Virus record (IMG/VR): IMGVR_UViG_3300035018_000013
Location: 18,054 to 82,053 of that record
Strand: one strand, 5' to 3'
DNA: 64,000 nt
From: a virus
Made by a program: the position numbers and the translations under genes. This document shows positions 45,350-54,251 of this stretch, one piece after another. The notes beneath the pieces were generated by a model. It was not told where the DNA came from. It saw only the letters and a program-made list of their open reading frames with translations, and ran no database searches. How positions within the stretch are numbered: the first letter of the stretch is position 1; the number at the start of each line of letters is the position of its first letter.

Positions 45350-46492
45350 TTACAAGCCTGCACCATAGTCGCTAACAGCGCCTTGATCTGCCATTTCAGT
45401 TGGCAATAATGAACCCAGACGGGCGATCGCTTCACTGGCAAAATTGAGCTTATCGATCGTGCGAGTACCGCGCCAACTCGTAGAAGCCATATCGCCCCCA
45501 ATCATGTATCCTGACTGGTTATTACTAGCTCCATCCGAGCAAACTTTACCCTCGGTCATGTTACCCACAACCGAGACGGTTAAGCCTGAATAAACCAGTC
45601 TGGATATTGTTGAAGCGAATCCTAAGCCACCTGCTACATAGCCCTTAACCTTGTTGCCAAAAGCGGAGTGAACAGTATGAGGGGTGCTTAAGGCTGCACC
45701 CACGGCACTGCTCGTTCGGGTTGCAAAGTTATAGCGTTCGATCGAGGTAAGCGGCTGCGCTCCGACAAATACATCAGTCGAGCCACCATAAACAAAGCCG
45801 TCCGTTGGGTTACTGGTGCCGTTATGGGAAGCTTGTCGCGCGGTAATTAAGCTTGTCGCCTGCATTGTTCCAGTGGCATAAGTGTAAACCTCTCCAGTCG
45901 CAAGTACGCCGCCGTCCGATCGCTTGGCTCCACCCATCAACACGCCGATATCTTTGTTGCCAATTCCCGCGATCGCAAACCGAGATACAGACAGGTTTGA
46001 GCCTAATCTTCGCGTCGTCATTTTCTTGTAAGAAATCTCATCCATTGCCATGCTCAAACCGCTGGCAGCAATCCCCCCAGCAAAGATACCGACCGAAGCA
46101 TCCCCGATCGTCCCCATGTAGTTCCGTAGCTCTGAGAGCCTTACACCCGTAGCTTTAGCTGATTCGTTGGAATAGTAAAAGGCGATCGTTTCAGTGCTGA
46201 CTCCATGCCCCCGACCGCCTGCGAGTATTGCCAACGTGCCCTGAATGCCAGTTAGAGGCAGCGATCGCGCTCCTACTTGCGATAAGGGCATGGGCACCGG
46301 ACGCGCCCTGGATATTTTATTCTGCACCTGAATGGCGTTCTGTCCGCCAATCCTGCGAGTGTGAGATTGCTTGAGCGCAGTATCCCTAGCCTGAACTCGT
46401 AGCGTCAAAATGGCGGTATCTAGCGCTAACAGTTCACCGTCTTGTTCATCGGCTGGGTAATCAAGCGGGTAAAGTCTAGGGTTGGCAGGCAT
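45350..46492 (-). CDS. Kelch-like beta-propeller, candidate receptor-binding protein
   Basis: About six repeats with GG pairs (IFAGG, VLMGG, FVYGG, YVAGG, YMIGG) spaced roughly 45 aa. Confidence 0.7.
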   Translation of the reverse strand: MPANPRLYPLDYPADEQDGELLALDTAILTLRVQARDTALKQSHTRRIGGQNAIQVQNKISRARPVPMPLSQVGARSLPLTGIQGTLAILAGGRGHGVSTETIAFYYSNESAKATGVRLSELRNYMGTIGDASVGIFAGGIAASGLSMAMDEISYKKMTTRRLGSNLSVSRFAIAGIGNKDIGVLMGGAKRSDGGVLATGEVYTYATGTMQATSLITARQASHNGTSNPTDGFVYGGSTDVFVGAQPLTSIERYNFATRTSSAVGAALSTPHTVHSAFGNKVKGYVAGGLGFASTISRLVYSGLTVSVVGNMTEGKVCSDGASNNQSGYMIGGDMASTSWRGTRTIDKLNFASEAIARLGSLLPTEMADQGAVSDYGAGL

Positions 46493-46515
46493 TAATTAAT
46501 TCTCCAAGTTTATAG

Positions 46516-47538
46516 TTAATCTTGATACCATTCTCTAAGGGTTAGAGTGTAGGGTGAAGCCGAGTTGCCAGTGATAGCAGCCTGCCCGTTCGTTACGGCA
46601 TAGCGATCGCACCAAATTCTTAATGAGTAAGTTGAATTGATTGTCGCTTCTTCATCCAACCAATGTCCTGAGATGCATTGGCAAGATTCTGAAACCGTCG
46701 TGCTCATAATTGCAACTCCTACTGATTTCCACAGATCATCATCTCTGAAAATAGCTAACTTAGCGTTACAGTTAGCTCCTCCTGTAATGCCAAAACCAGG
46801 AACATCAATGCTCACCTCAATCAAAGAATCACTTGATGTTTTTAGGATTGAATTAGAGGCGACAGATAGCCACGTAGCCGCAGAATGCAAAATAGGTTGA
46901 GTTCTGGAAAGTTCTTTATTTTGAATTAGCCGTAATCCCGATCGCTCTATCCCTTTACCCTTAATTGGAGAGTGAACGATTAACCCTGCACCCTTTAATA
47001 ATCTAGCGTTTGAGATCACACTACCTGGAGATTGGATTGAGCAATCTATCAGGAGCGGATACGGAATGCTGGCTACAGCGAGGCTTTTAACCTTAATGGC
47101 GTTAACGTAGAAATTAACAGTTAATCCCTCAATGGATACTTTTATTGTATCTCCAGCCACGGCAGCGCCGAAGGGAAAAGACGCATTGGCGATCGCATAG
47201 CTGTAAGATTCTCCTGAAGCATTGACTCGAATTGCCCAGCCAATTGTGTCAACAGCGTTGTCTGGGTTCGTTGCGGAGAAACCGATCGCACAGCTTGAGA
47301 GGAGTCCCGAAGGTGCATTTAACAGCGTCATTTCTACCGAACAATCACCTAATAAAATCCGTTGCTGAGATTCCGCTCCGGCATCCCATAAGATTGAGCC
47401 AGTGTTCTTGGTTAGGGTATTTCCGCTAATGCTTACCCCCGATCCATTCTGCCAGATGACATTTTCAACACTGGGTAAATTGATTGCAGTCGGAGCGATC
47501 GCCATGCTCCTAACTTGTCTTTGTCCCATTATTGCCAC
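46516..47538 (-). CDS. Putative tail fibre protein with SPRY/lectin-like beta-sandwich
   Basis: GVSISGNTLTK...WDAGAES...GDTIKVSIEGLTVNFYVN. Confidence 0.55.
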   Translation of the reverse strand: MAIMGQRQVRSMAIAPTAINLPSVENVIWQNGSGVSISGNTLTKNTGSILWDAGAESQQRILLGDCSVEMTLLNAPSGLLSSCAIGFSATNPDNAVDTIGWAIRVNASGESYSYAIANASFPFGAAVAGDTIKVSIEGLTVNFYVNAIKVKSLAVASIPYPLLIDCSIQSPGSVISNARLLKGAGLIVHSPIKGKGIERSGLRLIQNKELSRTQPILHSAATWLSVASNSILKTSSDSLIEVSIDVPGFGITGGANCNAKLAIFRDDDLWKSVGVAIMSTTVSESCQCISGHWLDEEATINSTYSLRIWCDRYAVTNGQAAITGNSASPYTLTLREWYQD

Positions 47539-48224
47539 TCCCGAATCGTGAGGACAGTACCCGCGATCGCACTGGAAAAATAAATCACTTTATCATCCTC
47601 AAAGTAATCCTGAGAGAGTTCCTCTGAGCTTGCCGGAAGTACGTCATAGCTATTAATTCCCGTTGCCACCATACCGGTAAACCAGCTATACCTCACATCT
47701 GCGATCGGGTCATTTTTAGCAGCATCAGCCCTGCACTTAAAGGCGTAACGCTTTGTCCCCGCCTGGAACGTGTAAGCGTATTGAGTGTTGGCATTGACAA
47801 GAGTGAGGTTTGTAATTGCTGGCGATGTGGCGATCGCCGTATCTCGCATAGATTGCAAGATTAGGGTTTGACTAGAAATACCAGCGGCAACAGCAGTTGC
47901 TTGAGTAGACAAATAATCAATTGATGTTTGCAAGAGAGCAATATTCCCCTCGATCGCTTGCAGCTTAAACGTAGAAATATCGCCTAGCTTAGAATTAATT
48001 TGCTGGATTTCTGGGTAAAAATTATTGCCTAGAATGCTTTGAATGATGGAGAGGTTTGCAGCATGATTAGCGATCGCCTCCATCATGGCAAAATCAGACG
48101 AGGAAAGCTGTACAGGCTTACCGCCTACTGAAGGCAAATCAGCCACAGCCGACACCCACGCCTCTAGGATATCGTGCCAAATCTCTAGATTGCCGTTAAT
48201 AGGATTGCTCCGAGTTTGCGCCAT
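47529..48224 (-). CDS. Putative fibre-associated protein with coiled coil
   Basis: Central heptads; C-terminus TVLTIREWQ parallels YTLTLREW of the neighbouring protein. Confidence 0.5.
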   Translation of the reverse strand: MAQTRSNPINGNLEIWHDILEAWVSAVADLPSVGGKPVQLSSSDFAMMEAIANHAANLSIIQSILGNNFYPEIQQINSKLGDISTFKLQAIEGNIALLQTSIDYLSTQATAVAAGISSQTLILQSMRDTAIATSPAITNLTLVNANTQYAYTFQAGTKRYAFKCRADAAKNDPIADVRYSWFTGMVATGINSYDVLPASSEELSQDYFEDDKVIYFSSAIAGTVLTIREWQ

Positions 48225-48226
48225 TG

Positions 48227-50494
48227 TTAAATCCTAAAGGTATCAAATGCAGTATTCATGCTGGCGTTCAAGCTAACATTCTCACCACCAATCCCGTTAT
48301 GGGTGGCAATGACGAGCCGCTTTTCATCGCCCTTAACCGCCAGGAATGCCACGATAATTTGAAACATGGCGCGACGATAAAGAATGGGTGTTTTAAACCC
48401 GATCGTTTGACCCTCACTTTTTAGCACTGCATTCAACGATCGCCCCGTTCCTAGCCCGGTGAGTGGGGCGATCGAGAGCTTCATGCCAGGGCGAGGGAAT
48501 GCCAGCCCTGAACCGGGAAGCAAATCGAATTCTCTAAAGGCTTCTGCACCTAGTCTTAGCTCGTTTGCGAGTCTTACGGCTGCGTCAATTTCGTAGCTCT
48601 GAATGCCGTCGCTAGTCGAGGGGAGGTGCATCGAAATGGGCGAAAACTGCACCGCCGAATCAGACCGGAAAACTGAGTTGCCGCTGCCTTGAGTATTGAG
48701 AAAACAGTAAGGCTTAGAAGCGATCGCCGCTCCCTCTAAAAACTCCAAATCTCCCAATCCCTGATAAGCGCAATACTTGAATTGCACTTGCCAAGATTCG
48801 GTATTGCGGGGCGGGTAATAGACCCAGGCTTGATAGGTTGTATTGGGTGCAACGCCTGTAATGATGGGGCGATCGATGCGATGTGGATCGCTGGCATCAC
48901 CCCGATTCAGAACGCCGTTAACGTAGGCAAAACAGCCTCGCTCGGTTGCCGGAATTCGTAACACGCCAGAAGCATCACTGGTTACGGAAGTGTGCTTATA
49001 GATGTAGTGCAGCGCCGATCGCTCTTGTCCTAAAACCGCAATGTAGTTACCATTTTGCGGGGCAATGTAGCCGTCTAAATCCTGGTCTTGTCCTCGTCTA
49101 ATATTGAGGGCATCTAAAGGGACTCCATCGAGCCAAACGTATTCGGCTTGCTCGAACGGGATGGAAAACCCGCTGCCAGCCGGGTAGACGATCGCGGGTT
49201 GAAAATAGCATTCCTGCCCTGGGGCGATCGAAGAGTTCTGAGTGCCAATCCAAATCAGTGAACCCGTCCCACCAAGGTTAATGAACTGTCCGAGGCTTGA
49301 TTGCTCGGTGCCATTCGCAGCATAGATTTTATGGTCGGTCGCTTGCTCGGAGAAGTGAGAACCTGCGGGCGCATTCGTATTTAATTGAGCAGTGACGATC
49401 GCGTTCCCGTTACCATCGTTAATCGCCATTAAAACCTGTACCGCTGTGGTTTGTAGGCTCTCCTGATTGGTGTAAGTGACGCGATCGCCATTCGGCAAAC
49501 AAACGGATTGATTAGGTGACGCGGCTGATTCCCCAGCTCGTCCGGGGTTGCCAGCCACTAAACCAGCGGTGAGGTTTTGCACCGTCCGAGAGTAAGAGGC
49601 ACCTTTTCCCGGTCTGCCCTCAAACAGTTCCAGCAAACGGCTCTGAATGTCAGCTTCGGTGATTTCGGGGCGTACCATGGCAGCAGTCGGAAGGATGTTC
49701 AAATCGGCAGTTAACGGCTCTTCCCCGTTGCGTCCCCAAGTGTATCCGCGCTCGGTGTAGTTTTGCAGTCTCAACACCTGGCAAACTTCGGATATTTCGA
49801 TAAAGTCACGGTTCAACAATGGGTACGCACCGACCACCAATTTTGGATCAGAGGCATATATTTGCAGTCCGTTTAATAGGTTCCCGGCTGCGGTGAGGTT
49901 AGTAATGGGGAGGAGGCGATCGCCCGACAATCTAGCGCTCCCATTGGTGGGGATTGGCTCTAGCGGCACCTTTGCCAGGAAAGAATCAATTGATAATTCT
50001 TCCTCACTCAGAACCAATAGCCAGTAGGCGCGATCGCGTTTCGCGTTCTCCTTCTGTGTTGGGGTGAGAACGGGCACACCGCCGCCTGTAGAGTCCAGAT
50101 AGCTAAAGGCGATTTGTCCTAGTGCGGGGTCGTGATCCTGTCCGACCATGGCACCAAAGACGATGAGGTAAAGATGATCCTGACGACGCACGAGGGAACT
50201 GGAGTTGGATAGTGCAGGGATAGCGATCGTGGTGTTTAGGGCTAGTTCGCCCGATGGATAAATCTTGCTGTGGTACGTCCCGGTCAGGGTTAAATCTCTA
50301 GAATTGGAAACAGAAAAACTAACGGATTCCCAGCCTGTAACTCTGTCTTGAATGGTTGCATAGGAAGAGATCCAAGCTTGCAGGGCATCCTCTTCTGCTA
50401 GACGGACTCTAGGATCGGTTCTACTCCGAGGGGGAACGGAATGAACGCCTAAATCATGGGACTGTCTTTGGAATGCACTATCGGGGGTTGGCAT
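48227..50494 (-). CDS. Large beta-rich structural protein (fibre/baseplate)
   Basis: 755 aa within the fibre cluster; no catalytic motif recognised. Confidence 0.55.
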   Translation of the reverse strand: MPTPDSAFQRQSHDLGVHSVPPRSRTDPRVRLAEEDALQAWISSYATIQDRVTGWESVSFSVSNSRDLTLTGTYHSKIYPSGELALNTTIAIPALSNSSSLVRRQDHLYLIVFGAMVGQDHDPALGQIAFSYLDSTGGGVPVLTPTQKENAKRDRAYWLLVLSEEELSIDSFLAKVPLEPIPTNGSARLSGDRLLPITNLTAAGNLLNGLQIYASDPKLVVGAYPLLNRDFIEISEVCQVLRLQNYTERGYTWGRNGEEPLTADLNILPTAAMVRPEITEADIQSRLLELFEGRPGKGASYSRTVQNLTAGLVAGNPGRAGESAASPNQSVCLPNGDRVTYTNQESLQTTAVQVLMAINDGNGNAIVTAQLNTNAPAGSHFSEQATDHKIYAANGTEQSSLGQFINLGGTGSLIWIGTQNSSIAPGQECYFQPAIVYPAGSGFSIPFEQAEYVWLDGVPLDALNIRRGQDQDLDGYIAPQNGNYIAVLGQERSALHYIYKHTSVTSDASGVLRIPATERGCFAYVNGVLNRGDASDPHRIDRPIITGVAPNTTYQAWVYYPPRNTESWQVQFKYCAYQGLGDLEFLEGAAIASKPYCFLNTQGSGNSVFRSDSAVQFSPISMHLPSTSDGIQSYEIDAAVRLANELRLGAEAFREFDLLPGSGLAFPRPGMKLSIAPLTGLGTGRSLNAVLKSEGQTIGFKTPILYRRAMFQIIVAFLAVKGDEKRLVIATHNGIGGENVSLNASMNTAFDTFRI

Positions 50495-50586
50495 GGTTAG
50501 AACACAAGAGGCGGCATGGGAACGATCGCAAGCGATTAAAACCGCCCACGGGCTTTATACTACCCGCGACACGGAGGATTGATATA

Positions 50587-50611
50587 GCGCCCCCTTGCGG
50601 GTAACTCGAAG
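50587..50611 (+). repeat. Small dispersed repeat copy 3
   Basis: GCGCCCCCTTGCGGGTAACTCGAAG. Confidence 0.85.
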
Positions 50612-50633
50612 CGATCGCCCTTTTGGGACGGCA

Positions 50634-50670
50634 AAAGCCCCCAGTCGATCGCGTGTCGGCTGGGGGCTTT
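50634..50670. terminator. Bidirectional-looking intrinsic terminator
   Basis: AAAGCCCCCAGTCGA...TCGGCTGGGGGCTTT. Confidence 0.65.
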
Positions 50671-50687
50671 ATTTACTTGAGGACGAC

Positions 50688-52163
50688 CTAGCTTCCGGTC
50701 GCAATGGAGATATAAGGCTCAACAGACTCAGTCGTATTGCCGATCGCAAAGAAACGATTTAGGTAGACCTGAATCGTATCGGCTGCAACGCCAGTTGCGG
50801 CACCTCCAAAGAAGGAGAACCGCATGAAGTTACCGGAAACGTCAGCGCCAGCAGTTCCAACGGGAGCAACGGCAAGCTTCTGATGCATCGGAGGTGCAAC
50901 CTGATCATAAGGCGCGCTAGATTCATTGATTTCCACAACTGCCCAAGCTAAGGAGTCAGGCATATCGTAGTAAAAATCAGTTCGGAATACGCCGTCTGAG
51001 CTGGTGACATAGCGAGTAACATAACCATTCTGCTCTGCACTCAGAATAATCATTTGATGGGTGTAAGCGTAGAAATCAGCCATTGCCGTTTTAACAGCGT
51101 CAGCCGTTGCACGAGCCGCAATATCAATCAGAGCTTGATCGACAGCGCTATCTAGGCTGGAGAGATCTCCCTGTAGGGCTATAATATTAGTATTCTGAAT
51201 ATCGTTGATTTCAGAAACACTGTCTACAACCCCAGTGAGACTGTCGATCGCGTCAAAGATTGAGCTTTCAGCCGCAGTAGCTCTAGCAATTTCTGCATTC
51301 AGATCGTTGGCGGTATTGGAAGCGTAAGATACTAATCCTGCAATATCGCTTGATTGAGTTGTATTGATAGCAACAGCCGCAGCCAGCCCAGAGGTCAGAG
51401 TTGAGATCGCGCTGGTCTGAGTTGCGTTGACGCTGACAGCCGCAGCTAGATCAGTTTCTAGCACCGAGATTGCGGTAGATTGAGCAGTGTTGACGCTCTC
51501 AATTGCAGCGATCGCGCTAGTCTGAGTTGCGTTCACTGCAACAGCCGCAGCCAACCCGGAAGTCAAAGCTGTGATTGAACTTTCAGCCGCCGTAATGCGA
51601 TCGGTGATGGTGGAGGCGATCGCCACTGTGTAGCTATTTTCGCCTGTTTGAGTGACAGTAATCGAGCTGTCGCCAGCAGACAAAGAAGGATCAGTAGAAT
51701 CGATTTTATCCCAGCCGTTGGCAGCGTTGCGAACCACAAAATCGCCCACACTGAGAGCGAATCCGAAGGCGCTAGAGCCACCGGAGGTAATGCGGAACAT
51801 ATCGCCTGTTTGGTAGGCGGTTAGCCCGGTTGCAGCGTTGGCATCCACTGCGTCGGCAAGCGCCACGCCACGATACCGAACACCACCGACTAGAGCGGCT
51901 TGAATCAAGCTATTAACTGAGGCTTCGGATAAGCCTAGAGAAAGGTTGTCAATGCTGGACTGAAGGTTCGTGTCAACGGCATTCAAGGAAGCTTCCAAAG
52001 CCGCGATCGTGGCATCGATCGCCGTTTGAGCTGCGGACAGTTCCGAGTAGGCGACCGCTTTATTTGCAACGCCACCGGAGACGGGAACAAGTAAGCCAGG
52101 AGTGCCCGTAAAATCGGCACCTTGATGCTGTTTTTGTACGCCAGGAGCAGAGTATTGAGACAT
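50688..52163 (-). CDS. Tail fibre protein with trimeric coiled-coil shaft repeats
   Basis: LTSGLAAAVAVNATQTSAI / LETDLAAAVSVNATQTSAI / LTSGLAAAVAINTTQSSDI; VGDFVVRNAANGWDKID. Confidence 0.65.
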   Translation of the reverse strand: MSQYSAPGVQKQHQGADFTGTPGLLVPVSGGVANKAVAYSELSAAQTAIDATIAALEASLNAVDTNLQSSIDNLSLGLSEASVNSLIQAALVGGVRYRGVALADAVDANAATGLTAYQTGDMFRITSGGSSAFGFALSVGDFVVRNAANGWDKIDSTDPSLSAGDSSITVTQTGENSYTVAIASTITDRITAAESSITALTSGLAAAVAVNATQTSAIAAIESVNTAQSTAISVLETDLAAAVSVNATQTSAISTLTSGLAAAVAINTTQSSDIAGLVSYASNTANDLNAEIARATAAESSIFDAIDSLTGVVDSVSEINDIQNTNIIALQGDLSSLDSAVDQALIDIAARATADAVKTAMADFYAYTHQMIILSAEQNGYVTRYVTSSDGVFRTDFYYDMPDSLAWAVVEINESSAPYDQVAPPMHQKLAVAPVGTAGADVSGNFMRFSFFGGAATGVAADTIQVYLNRFFAIGNTTESVEPYISIATGS

Positions 52164-52269
52164 AATTTTGAAGTGATTTGATAAGGCTTGAAAGCACAGT
52201 AGTGCGCCTTTTCAAGAATAAGAGCAGGATTGAGGATATCCATAGGTAATAGCGCGGGTACTACTACTT

Positions 52270-52557
52270 ATGTCAAGAATCCTTGCAAAAATGGGCAGCG
52301 ATCGCGTTCGGAAGATAAGACACATTTCTCAATGGGAACGAGACGCTCGACAGATTGGCAGTTCCATTCGGCTTTGTCGTCGAGCGAATAAGTTAAGTCA
52401 AGCAAAATTAATTGCGATCGCCGTCTCTATTCCAGGCGGTGAAACGCTCTATCGGCAACTAATTTCTAATATTGAAACGGGCATCAGACAGCCCTCTATT
52501 ACTGAGATTAAGGCGATCGCCCAAGCGTTAGGAGTGAATCATCATGATTGGATCTGA
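52270..52557 (+). CDS. XRE family HTH regulator
   Basis: IRLCRRANKLSQAKL...ISNIETGIRQPSITEIKAIAQALGV. Confidence 0.8.
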   Translation: MSRILAKMGSDRVRKIRHISQWERDARQIGSSIRLCRRANKLSQAKLIAIAVSIPGGETLYRQLISNIETGIRQPSITEIKAIAQALGVNHHDWI

Positions 52558-53221
52558 TCAGGAAATCGCCTTTATTTTTCCGGTTTATGACGATTATGAA
52601 TTAGTGAAAAGGTTGGTTCGCCAAATCCGACAGCACTATCTTAAATCAGAGCTATTCTGTATTTCCGACGGGACTGAGGATGCTAGTTTTACAGAGTTTG
52701 CGATGACTCAGGGCGTGAATTATGAACAGGGCGATCGCCTGAAGCTTCCCCAATATGGAGGGCAATGGGTAAAAAGATTAATCAATCTTTCTACTCAAAC
52801 GAAGGCTAAGCATATTATTCGAGTCGAAGGGGATACTCAAATCTGGCGGCGGTTTAAGAAATTCCCGGCGGCGGACGTGGCGGGGACGATCGCTTATAGC
52901 CACAAGATTCAGGCTTTCTACCCCAGGGGCGGCTGTGTGTACTTTTCTAGGCAGGCGATCGATAAGCTCCTTGAGAGCGTTCTGAACGATGACAGATACA
53001 AGGATGCATCAATCTATAGTTACCCTCGTTACTCAGCTTTTCGGTATGCCGAGGAACCTAGGAATGAACAGCCGATTTTACTGGGCGATCTAGTGTTGGG
53101 GGATGCGATCGCTCGTTCTGGATTAAATCTTAAAAATTGGAGTGAGGTTTCAATTCAGTTTAGAAGTGAGCCGCCTGATAACGCCGATCGCAAGTATGCC
53201 GCAACTCATCCCCACCGATAG
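52544..53221 (+). CDS. GT-A fold glycosyltransferase-like protein
   Basis: FIFPVYDD...ISDGTED...IIRVEGDT (DxD-like position)...GGCVYFSRQAI. Confidence 0.6.
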   Translation: MIGSDQEIAFIFPVYDDYELVKRLVRQIRQHYLKSELFCISDGTEDASFTEFAMTQGVNYEQGDRLKLPQYGGQWVKRLINLSTQTKAKHIIRVEGDTQIWRRFKKFPAADVAGTIAYSHKIQAFYPRGGCVYFSRQAIDKLLESVLNDDRYKDASIYSYPRYSAFRYAEEPRNEQPILLGDLVLGDAIARSGLNLKNWSEVSIQFRSEPPDNADRKYAATHPHR

Positions 53222-53308
53222 AAAAAGCGATCGAGCCATGCACCCGATCGCCTCCTTTACCGTTAACCTTAACTTGTTTGAGAATGCCCAGCTTCAAGGG
53301 CAATCGCG

Positions 53309-53797
53309 CTAAACCGGAATGCCGATATCGAACTGCTCAAAGGATTGAATGCCAATCTCGCAAACTAAGCCCTTTTGTAGTTTGACGATGAGAGAAACTT
53401 CTTTGAAATCTAGGAGCTGCGATCGCATTTTAGGGAAATACTTTTCAATTACGCCCAGCGCTCGTAAGTGATTTCGTTCCACCGTTTCATCAGGCACATT
53501 AATTGATTTGGAATCGACCATGGCACAGCCCAACATGACAATTCGGCGCTTCAATCGTTCGACTGTGATTTGCAAATCGTTGCCTGTCGTGCGGCTGAGG
53601 GTAAGGGTGAGGGCGATCGCTTCCTGCGATTCAATACTGGTTTTTACCGTGTCCCAAATAGTGCTTTTAAGACTGGTACTTAGGCTCATTTCATCAGATT
53701 TTGCCCTAGCCTTAGAACCCTTATTTACGCTAACGATCGTCGGTGCTGTCATGCTGCGGAGGTGATTTTGAGGTAACAGATACAAAGATACCCACAA
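53309..53797 (-). CDS. Hypothetical protein; ATG at 53752 is a possible start
   Basis: Protein-like ORF, no motif recognised. Confidence 0.5.
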   Translation of the reverse strand: MWVSLYLLPQNHLRSMTAPTIVSVNKGSKARAKSDEMSLSTSLKSTIWDTVKTSIESQEAIALTLTLSRTTGNDLQITVERLKRRIVMLGCAMVDSKSINVPDETVERNHLRALGVIEKYFPKMRSQLLDFKEVSLIVKLQKGLVCEIGIQSFEQFDIGIPV

Positions 53798-53883
53798 CCG
53801 ATGAACAGCCTGACTTGTGGGTTGAGTTCAATTAATCAAGTAAAGATTGGGCATTCTGGAACAGCAATCTTTCACGAGAAATC

Positions 53884-54138
53884 ATGACCACTAAAAAGAA
53901 TTTGTTCACATCTAGGACGGCATTGAGCATCTATGCCACCTTGATTATGGCGATCGCACCCACCTTAAATAATTGGGCAAGTCAATCAAAAATGCCGACT
54001 TCAGGAGAGCTTTTTCAAGTGTTGATGCTCCTGGTATCTTCTGGCGCAGGACTGATGTTCCGCTATGCTGCCAACGAGACAACGTTTACTCCTGACTTTA
54101 TGCCAGGACGGAATGCTGCCGATATTGAGAACATTTAA
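53884..54138 (+). CDS. Putative holin (two membrane helices)
   Basis: ALSIYATLIMAIAPTL and ELFQVLMLLVSSGAGLMF; charged termini; 84 aa. Confidence 0.55.
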   Translation: MTTKKNLFTSRTALSIYATLIMAIAPTLNNWASQSKMPTSGELFQVLMLLVSSGAGLMFRYAANETTFTPDFMPGRNAADIENI

Positions 54139-54224
54139 AGGACTTGTGAGGCATGAGCGCCAATCAAATTAATCGGACGGCGCGGGGCGAACGCCAAAAT
54201 AGCATATCAGGTTTTCGCACCCGT

Positions 54225-54250
54225 CAAATCCGTCACGCTGTCGGATTTGG
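54225..54250. repeat. 26-bp exact repeat of the hairpin at 38967-38992
   Basis: CAAATCCGTCACGCTGTCGGATTTGG at both sites. Confidence 0.9.
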
Positions 54251-54251
54251 T

